64,000 nucleotides of DNA from contig JAJYLZ010000001.1 in NCBI GenBank assembly GCA_021787395.1, positions 67,967 through 131,966 on the forward strand. The letters run 5' to 3'. Under the pieces are notes generated by a model that was not told the DNA's origin, did no database searches, and saw nothing but the letters and a program-made list of their open reading frames with translations. The number at the start of each line of letters is the position of its first letter. Position 1 is the first letter of the stretch. The position numbers and the translations under genes were made by a program. The DNA is from Chloroflexota bacterium (GTDB lineage Bacteria; Chloroflexota; Limnocylindria; Limnocylindrales; CSP1-4). Shown piece by piece: positions 20,008 through 26,233 of the stretch.

Positions 20008-20041
20008 CGGCTCGGCTGCCAGGAGGAGGGCAGCCGAGCCG
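20008..20041 (+). terminator. Strong stem-loop (terminator/attenuator candidate) between the ureidopropionase and LLM genes
   Basis: Perfect 13-bp stem CGGCTCGGCTGCC / GGCAGCCGAGCCG with the 8-nt loop AGGAGGAG, followed by TTCGATTCTCC. Confidence 0.45.
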
Positions 20042-20079
20042 TTCGATTCTCCGGGGCGTCCCCCCGGGCGGAGGATGCG

Positions 20080-21075
20080 ATGCAGTTCGGGTTCACGCTC
20101 AAGCCGGAACACTCGATCGAGCGCACGCTCGCCCTCACCAGGCAGGCCGAGGCGGCCGGCTTCAGCCACGGCTGGCTGTTCGACTCCCACGTGCTGTGGC
20201 GCGACCCCTACCCGCTGCTGACGCTGATGGCGCAGGCCACCGAGCGGATGCGGCTGGGCACCTGCGTGACCAACCCGGCCACCCGCGAGCCGTCCGTGAC
20301 CGCGTCGGCGCTGGCCGTCCTCCAGGAGCTCTCGGGCGGGCGGATGGACCTCGGGATCGGCCGCGGCGACTCGGCCCGCCGGGTCCTGGGCAAGACGCCC
20401 ACGAGCATGAAGGACCTCGAGCTGGCGGTCCACGTCATCCGGGCGCTGGCGGAGGGCCGCTCGATCGAGTACGAGGGGGCGATGCTCGAGCTGCCGTGGG
20501 CGAGCAGCGGGCACAAGCTCCCGGTCTGGATCGCGGGCTACGGGCCCGTGGCGCTCAAGCTCACCGGGCGGATCGCTGACGGCGCCATGCTCCAGATCGG
20601 CGACCCCGACCTCATCCGCTGGTTCGTGTCCCAGGTGCGCTCGTCCGCGGAGGCGTCGGGCCGCGATCCCGCCGCGGTCAGGGTGATGGCCGCCGCGCCG
20701 GCCCACGTGGGCGACCTCGCCGACGGCCGCGACCGGACCCGTTGGTTCCCCGCCCTGGTCTCGAACCACGTCGTGGACCTGGTCAACAAGTACCCCCGCC
20801 AGGACCTCCCCGAGGAGCTGACCACCTACGTCCGCGACCGCGAGGGGTACGACTACCTGCACCACGCCGAGGTGGGCTCGTCCAACGCGGCCTTCGTCTC
20901 CGATGACATCGTTGACCGCTTCTGCCTCGTGGGCTCGGTCGAGGACCACATCGCGCGGCTCCGCGAGCTGGCCGACGCCGGCGTGGACCAGTTCAACCTC
21001 TACCTCATGAACGGGGACGAGGAGGAGCAGCTCGAGATCTACGGGCGCGAGATCATTCCGGCGCTCCGCGACTGA
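20080..21075 (+). CDS. Luciferase-like monooxygenase (LLM) family, F420-dependent oxidoreductase type
   Basis: Start at ATG 20080 with GGAGGA 5 nt upstream. 331 aa with the LLM TIM-barrel pattern (MQFGF.L.PE..., GFSHGWLFDSH..., RMRLGTCVTNP.TREP, GRMDLGIGRGDS). Confidence 0.85.
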   Translation: MQFGFTLKPEHSIERTLALTRQAEAAGFSHGWLFDSHVLWRDPYPLLTLMAQATERMRLGTCVTNPATREPSVTASALAVLQELSGGRMDLGIGRGDSARRVLGKTPTSMKDLELAVHVIRALAEGRSIEYEGAMLELPWASSGHKLPVWIAGYGPVALKLTGRIADGAMLQIGDPDLIRWFVSQVRSSAEASGRDPAAVRVMAAAPAHVGDLADGRDRTRWFPALVSNHVVDLVNKYPRQDLPEELTTYVRDREGYDYLHHAEVGSSNAAFVSDDIVDRFCLVGSVEDHIARLRELADAGVDQFNLYLMNGDEEEQLEIYGREIIPALRD

Positions 21076-21190
21076 CGCGCCGACCGGGCCGCCCTGGCGG
21101 GCCGTCGGAGCCCCGGACTCGGTACTGGGACGGAGGTCAGTCTCGCCTTCCGGGCGCGCGTCGGGGACAATCTGCGCGGAGGTTGTCCCC

Positions 21191-21376
21191 ATGCCGTCGC
21201 TTCGCCTTCGCCGTCGAGATCCACGCTGGCAGGAGGACGGGCCGGCCGCCCGGCGCGAGCACCGTCGGCGCCGGACGCGAGAGGTGGCCGCCTTCCTGAC
21301 CTCGCTCGCGGCCGCGGTGGCCGCCGGCGGGCTGCTCGCCTTCCGGCTGGGCACGGCGCTCGTCGGACGCGGCTGA
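21191..21376 (+). CDS. Small hypothetical membrane protein (61 aa, Arg-rich N-terminus + one TM helix)
   Basis: ATG with GGAGG 6 nt upstream. Sequence is MPSLRLRRRDPRW...VAAFLTSLAAAVAAGGLLAFRLGTALV. The RBS lies in the loop of the 8-bp inverted repeat GGGGACAA/TTGTCCCC (21163-21190). Confidence 0.35.
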   Translation: MPSLRLRRRDPRWQEDGPAARREHRRRRTREVAAFLTSLAAAVAAGGLLAFRLGTALVGRG

Positions 21377-21399
21377 CCCCTGCCCGGTCCGGCCGGCGT

Positions 21400-21603
21400 C
21401 AGATCCGCCCTCGCCGGCGCCCGATCCGTCCTCGCCGGCGCGAGGTCCGTCCTCGCCGGCGCACAACTGCCAGTGGTAGCGCGCATCGCCTGCCGGGCGC
21501 CCCGATCCGTCCTCGCCGGCGCCTGATCCGTCCTCGCCGGCGCGAGGTCCGTCCTCGTCGGCGCACAACTGCCAGTGGTAGCGCGCATCGCCTGACGGGC
21601 GCC
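21400..21603. repeat. Tandem duplication of a 102-bp unit; each unit is 3 x 21-bp subrepeats + a 39-bp segment
   Basis: 21-mers (c/g)NGATCCGTCCTCGCCGGCGC start at 21400, 21421, 21442 and at 21502, 21523, 21544. The 39-mers ACAACTGCCAGTGGTAGCGCGCATCGCCTG(C/A)CGGGCGCC lie at 21463-21501 and 21565-21603. The two copies differ at about 5 of 102 positions. Confidence 0.9.
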
Positions 21604-21616
21604 CCGATGACCTAAC

Positions 21617-21773
21617 CCCGCGGATACAACCAGTGGTTGTGCGGAAGGGGTCAGACCACGGCGGCTGCCCGCGGATACAACCAGTGGTTGTGCGGGAGCG
21701 GCCGGCGGTTGTGCGGAAGCCGCCATGACGCGGTTCCCGGCCGTCCTCGCCGCCCGCTACAACCGGTGGTTGT
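21617..21773. promoter_or_regulatory. Array of near-perfect palindromes ACAACC-N3-GGTTGT (operator or REP-like) upstream of the dihydropyrimidinase gene
   Basis: The identical 28-mer CCCGCGGATACAACCAGTGGTTGTGCGG occurs at 21617-21644 and 21668-21695. A variant core ACAACCGGTGGTTGT lies at 21759-21773. Half-sites GGTTGTGCGGAAG (about 21707-21719) and GGTGGTTGTCGCG (about 21835-21847) also occur. Confidence 0.6.
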
Positions 21774-22011
21774 GCGGGCAGCCTGGGCGGTGCGCGCGGC
21801 CCGGGGCATCGGCCGCTGGCACCGGTGTGTGCGCGGTGGTTGTCGCGAGGTGCCGCCGCCGAGCCCAGGGCGCCGCCGCCCAGCGCCGAGTGTCCCGTCC
21901 CTGCACGCCGCACGGACCCTCCGACGCCTCCCCGCCGGGTCTACGATGGCCCCAAACGTGCCACCCCGTCGACGGGTGTTGCCGGCGGGGCTCCGGATGC
22001 AAGGAGGCAGG

Positions 22012-23403
22012 ATGCGCACCCTTTTCGCCCACGGCACCGTCGTCACCGCCGAAGGCTCCTACGCCGCGGACGTGCTGGTCGACGGCGAGACGATCGTCCA
22101 GATCGGCGCCGACCTGGCCGCAACGGTGACCGCCGACGAGGTGATCGACGCCACCGGCAAGTACCTGATCCCGGGCGGCATCGACGGGCACACCCACATG
22201 AAGCTGCCGTTCGGCGGCACGTTCGCGAAGGACGACTTCGAGACGGGCACCCGCGCGGCGGCGTTCGGCGGCACCACGACCATCGTGGACTTCGCGGTCC
22301 AGAACAAGGGCCAGACCCTGCACCAGGGCCTCGACACCTGGTTCGCCATGGCCGAGGGCATGGCCGTGACGGACTACGCGTTCCACATGATCATGTCGGA
22401 CGTCACCGACGCCAGCCTGGCCGAGATGGACCAGCTGGTGGACGAGGGCGTCCCCGACTTCAAGCTGTTCACCGCCTACCCGGGCGTGTTCTACTCCCCC
22501 GACGACCACATCTTCCGGGCCCTGCAGCAGTCGGCCAAGAACGGCGGCCTCATCCTGATCCACGCCGAGAACGGCCCCGTCATCGACATCCTGGCGGCCG
22601 AGCAGGTCGCCAAGGGCGTGACCGACCCGATCGGCCACGGGCTCGCGCGCGACAGCCGGATGGAGGGCGAAGCCACCAACCGCGTGATCCGCCTGGCCGA
22701 GGTCGCAGGGGCGCCGGTGTACTTCGTCCACATGTCCGCCAAGGAGGCGCTGGCAGCGCTCATGGCGGCCCGCGACCGCGGCGCGATGGCGTGGGCGGAG
22801 ACCTGCCCGCAGTACCTCTACCTCCACCTCGACGACCTGGGCAACGGCTTCGAGGGCGCCAAGTTCGTCTGCTCCCCGCCCCTCCGCACGCCGGACCACT
22901 CGGACGAGCTGTGGGCCGCCCTCAAGCGCGGGGACCTCGCGCTCGTCGGCACCGACCACTGCCCGTTCGACTTCCACGGCCAGAAGGAGCTGGGCCGCGG
23001 CGACTTCCGCAAGATCCCGAACGGCCTGCCGGGCGTCGAGGAGCGGGTGGACCTGATGCACCAGGCCGTCGTGGACGGCAGGTACACCAAGGAGCGCTGG
23101 GTGGAGCTCGTGTCCACGGCGCCCGCCAAGATGTTCGGCATGTACCCCAAGAAGGGTGCCATCGCGGTCGGGTCCGACGCCGACATCGTCGTCTACGACC
23201 CCAACCGCAAGCACGTCATGTCGGCCTCCACGCACCACATGGACGTGGACTACAGCTGCTACGAGGGCATGACCGTCCAGGGCGGCTCGGACATCGTGAT
23301 GAGCCGCGGCTCGGTCATCGTCCGCAACGGCGAGTTCACGGGCCGCAAGGGCGCCGGCAAGTTCATCAAGCGCGGCCGAGCCGACTTCGCCCGCAGCCAC
23401 TGA
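22012..23403 (+). CDS. Dihydropyrimidinase / D-hydantoinase
   Basis: Start at ATG 22012 with AAGGAGG 5 nt upstream. Cyclic amidohydrolase motifs: PGGIDGHTHM (HxH), ..DFKLFTAYP.. (carboxylated Lys region), ..ILIHAENG.., ..GTDHCPF... Confidence 0.92.
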   Translation: MRTLFAHGTVVTAEGSYAADVLVDGETIVQIGADLAATVTADEVIDATGKYLIPGGIDGHTHMKLPFGGTFAKDDFETGTRAAAFGGTTTIVDFAVQNKGQTLHQGLDTWFAMAEGMAVTDYAFHMIMSDVTDASLAEMDQLVDEGVPDFKLFTAYPGVFYSPDDHIFRALQQSAKNGGLILIHAENGPVIDILAAEQVAKGVTDPIGHGLARDSRMEGEATNRVIRLAEVAGAPVYFVHMSAKEALAALMAARDRGAMAWAETCPQYLYLHLDDLGNGFEGAKFVCSPPLRTPDHSDELWAALKRGDLALVGTDHCPFDFHGQKELGRGDFRKIPNGLPGVEERVDLMHQAVVDGRYTKERWVELVSTAPAKMFGMYPKKGAIAVGSDADIVVYDPNRKHVMSASTHHMDVDYSCYEGMTVQGGSDIVMSRGSVIVRNGEFTGRKGAGKFIKRGRADFARSH

Positions 23404-23417
23404 CCCGCACCCGCACG

Positions 23418-23450
23418 GCGGCCCCCGCAGGAGCATCCCGCGGGGGCCGC
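23418..23450 (+). terminator. Stem-loop after the dihydropyrimidinase gene
   Basis: Perfect 11-bp stem GCGGCCCCCGC / GCGGGGGCCGC with an 11-nt loop, 15 nt after the stop. No U-tract. Confidence 0.4.
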
Positions 23451-23598
23451 GGCCTGTCCGGGGCCGATCGCCCGCCCCGCCGCGGCCCCCGCTCGCGGTC
23501 CCCGCACGCCCGCCGCGGCCGGCCCCTCGGCGTCCGACGCGCCCGACGGCGCCCCGCGGGTAGTCTGGACGGCAACGCAGCCGCAGCCGGAGCCCACG

Positions 23599-23904
23599 AT
23601 GTTCGTCACGCTCGTCCACTGCCACGTCAAGCCCGAGGCGGTCGGCGCCTTCGTCGACGCCTGCATCGCCAACCACGAGGGCTCCACCCGCGAGCCGGGC
23701 AACGTCCGGTTCGACGTCATCCAGCTGGCCGAGGACCCCACCCGGTTCGTGCTCTACGAGTGGTACGTCGACGAGGAGGCCGCCAAGGCGCACAAGGAGA
23801 CGCCCCACTACCTCGCGTGGCGCGAGGCCACCGCGGACATGTTCGCCGAGCCGCGGATGGGCGTCCGGTACATCGGCCTGGCGCCGCAGGTGCCCGAGCC
23901 GTGA
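23599..23904 (+). CDS. Antibiotic-biosynthesis-monooxygenase (ABM) domain protein, YgiN-like
   Basis: 101 aa with the ferredoxin-like ABM pattern (MFVTLVHCHVKPE....F......N...S..EPG...FDV.Q...DP..F.LYE.Y.D..A...H..T.HY..W). Confidence 0.8.
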   Translation: MFVTLVHCHVKPEAVGAFVDACIANHEGSTREPGNVRFDVIQLAEDPTRFVLYEWYVDEEAAKAHKETPHYLAWREATADMFAEPRMGVRYIGLAPQVPEP

Positions 23905-23906
23905 CG

Positions 23907-25130
23907 ATGGCTGCCGCAGGGGGTGGCGGCTCGATCGGTCAGGTCGCGGTCGGCAGGCTGCCCCGGATCACGTTCGGGGCCGGATCGCTCGCCCGGCTGC
24001 CGACGATCGTCGGCGCCCACGGCACCCGGGCGCTCCTGGTCCGCGGCTCGCGCTCGCTCGGGGCCGGCGGCCGGCTCGAGGCGCTCCGGGCGGAGCTGGC
24101 GGCGGAGGGCGTGGTCCTGGCCGGCGAGGCGGAGGTCTCTGGGGAGCCGTCTTCGGGCGTCGTCGACGCCATCGCGTCACAGTATCGGGGCCGAGGCGTG
24201 GACGTCGTGGTGGGGGTCGGCGGCGGCTCAGCGCTCGACGCCGCCAAGGCGGTCGCCGGCCTGCTGCTCGTGGACGCGCCCGTCGCGGACTTCCTCGAGG
24301 GCCTGCCCGGCGCGCGGCCGTGGCCCGGGCCGTCGGTGCCCCTGGTCGCCGTCCCGACCACGGCCGGCACCGGCAGCGAGGCGACCCGCAACGCCGTGGT
24401 CAGCGAGCGCGGGCCCGCGGGCTACAAGCGCTCCTTCCGCGACGAGCGGCTGGTCCCCGCCGACGCGGTGGTCGACCCCGACCTGCTGGCCGGCCTGCCG
24501 CCGGACCGGATCGCGGCCAACGGCATGGACGCGGTCACCCAGCTGCTCGAGTCGTATGTGTCCCTGCGCGCCGGCGCCTTCACCGACGCGCTGGCGCTGG
24601 CCGGCCTGGCGGCCGCCCGCGACGGGCTGCTGGCCTGGCACGCCGACCCGGACGGGCCCGGCGCGCCGCCCGCCCGCGAGCGCATGGCGTGGGCGGCCCT
24701 GCTGTCGGGGATCTGCCTCGCCAACGCGGGCCTGGGCGCGGTGCACGGGCTGGCCTCGCCGCTGGGCGCCCAGTTCCCCGTCCCCCACGGCGCGGCGTGC
24801 GGCGCCACGCTTGCCCTCGCCACGGCGGCCAACCTCGCGGCCCTCGACGCGCGCGACCAGGCCTCGCCCGCGCTGGCGCGGTACGCCGTCCTCGGCCGCC
24901 TGCTGGCCCGCCTGCCCGACGCCACGCCCGACGACGAGGCCCGCGCCGCCGTCGCCGCGACGCTCCGAGACTGGACGGCCAGGCTGGGCATCCCGGGCCT
25001 CGGGGCGTGGGGCGTGACGGCGGAGGCCGTCCCGGGCCTGGTCGCCGACGCGCGGGGCAGTTCCATGCGCAGCAACCCCATCGTCCTCACGGACGAGGAG
25101 CTGGCCGGCGTCCTCCGGGCGGCGCTGTAG
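23907..25130 (+). CDS. Iron-containing (group III) alcohol dehydrogenase
   Basis: Start at ATG 23907, 3 nt after the ABM stop. Motifs GVGGGSALDAAKA, ..VAVPTTAGTGSE.., and a His-rich metal site region (..GAVHGLASPLG..PHGAACG). Confidence 0.85.
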   Translation: MAAAGGGGSIGQVAVGRLPRITFGAGSLARLPTIVGAHGTRALLVRGSRSLGAGGRLEALRAELAAEGVVLAGEAEVSGEPSSGVVDAIASQYRGRGVDVVVGVGGGSALDAAKAVAGLLLVDAPVADFLEGLPGARPWPGPSVPLVAVPTTAGTGSEATRNAVVSERGPAGYKRSFRDERLVPADAVVDPDLLAGLPPDRIAANGMDAVTQLLESYVSLRAGAFTDALALAGLAAARDGLLAWHADPDGPGAPPARERMAWAALLSGICLANAGLGAVHGLASPLGAQFPVPHGAACGATLALATAANLAALDARDQASPALARYAVLGRLLARLPDATPDDEARAAVAATLRDWTARLGIPGLGAWGVTAEAVPGLVADARGSSMRSNPIVLTDEELAGVLRAAL

Positions 25131-25173
25131 CGCGTCGACCGCGCCCTGGCCGATCGCCGGCGGGCGCGGGACC

Positions 25174-26118
25174 CTACCGGCCGGGCCGGGCCGGGGCCTC
25201 CCCCCACCCCCGCGCCGCGTCGGCGCCGTCCTCGTCGGGCAGCGCCCGTCCGCGGGACGCGGCGGCGAACCCGATCACCACCAGGGCGCAGAAGGCCGCC
25301 AGGCCCAGGGCGAGCAGCTGCGCGGCGGACAGCGGGCCGACCACCGCCGGGTCGCGCCACGTGACGGCCACGAGCGCCCGGGCGAGCGCCCAGAGGCCGA
25401 CCGCCAGGAAGAACGCCGCGCCGTTCCGCCGTCGGAAGACGCCAGCGGCCATGAAGAACCACGCGACCCCGCCCGCCAGGACGGTCGCCAGCGCCTCCAT
25501 CGCCTGGGCGGGCCAGGAGGCGATCCCGGGCGCCAGCGACCCCCACGGGCCGGGCCCGATGTAGCGGGTGGCCAGGGAGAAGTCCGCGGGCGCGCCCTGA
25601 CCCGAGCCGCCGATCAGCATCGCGAGCTTGATCAGCCCCAGCAGCACCAGGAGCGGGATCGCCAGCGCGTGCAGCCAGCGGCCCAGGGGCGCGCCCAGCA
25701 GCAGCGCCACGATCGACGCGGTGAGCGTCCCGCCGACCACGCCCATCGAGAGCTCCAGGCCGCCCCGGCCGATGTCGAGGAGCGCGCCCGGGTTGGCGTT
25801 GTAGTAGTCGAGGTGGATCAGCGCGTAGCCCAGGCGCCCGCCGGCCAGGGCGCCCGGCAGCGCCGCTACGGCGATGTACAGCAGGTCGTCCGCCCGGAGG
25901 TGGTTGGGGCCAGGCTCGTCGGGGTCCGGCGACGGCCAGTCGGCCGGCACCGAGACGTCGATCGGGGTGCTGCGGGCGGCGGAGAGGGCCAGCAGCAGGA
26001 CCACGAGCACGGCGGCCGCGCCCACGGCCGTCTCCCACCGGACGTTCAGCCCCCCGACCGCGAAGGTCGCCGGAAACTGGAACGTGATGACGGCCGGGAG
26101 CGTCGCGAGGGTCTCCAC
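25174..26118 (-). CDS. Divergent prolipoprotein diacylglyceryl transferase (Lgt)-like membrane protein
   Basis: Polytopic, with Lgt-like motifs (..LPGALAGGRLGYALIH.., ..GGLELSMGVVGG..). Start set at GTG 26118 and uncertain. Downstream of, and on the same strand as, the S8 peptidase gene. Confidence 0.6.
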   Translation of the reverse strand: METLATLPAVITFQFPATFAVGGLNVRWETAVGAAAVLVVLLLALSAARSTPIDVSVPADWPSPDPDEPGPNHLRADDLLYIAVAALPGALAGGRLGYALIHLDYYNANPGALLDIGRGGLELSMGVVGGTLTASIVALLLGAPLGRWLHALAIPLLVLLGLIKLAMLIGGSGQGAPADFSLATRYIGPGPWGSLAPGIASWPAQAMEALATVLAGGVAWFFMAAGVFRRRNGAAFFLAVGLWALARALVAVTWRDPAVVGPLSAAQLLALGLAAFCALVVIGFAAASRGRALPDEDGADAARGWGEAPARPGR

Positions 26119-26233
26119 GAGGCCGGAGTCTACCCTGCCGGCAGGCTGGGAATCGCGAGGCCCCCGGCGGTGCCGGGGGCCTCGGGAGGGAGCGCGAGCG
26201 GGCGGCGGCGCGCCGCCCGCCGCGCGTCGAGTG

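Noticed and set aside
20030-20052. tRNA-like T-loop sequence GTTCGATTC
   Set aside because: It directly follows the 13-bp hairpin. No acceptor, D or anticodon arms can be drawn around it, so it is not a tRNA.
21617-21695. CRISPR-like pair of identical 28-nt repeats
   Set aside because: There are only two exact copies, 51 bp apart, with a very short spacer of 23 nt. The repeat is itself a strong palindrome typical of operators or REPs. There are no cas genes and no further regular repeats.
21137-21913. 258-aa minus-strand ORF with repeated peptide units (GDARYHWQLCAxEDGPRAGEDGSGAGE, RTTTGCIRG)
   Set aside because: The peptide repeats are simply the translation of the DNA tandem repeats and palindromes. 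The ORF overlaps the small plus-strand ORF and the DHPase promoter region, lacks an RBS, and has lower third-position GC than real genes here.
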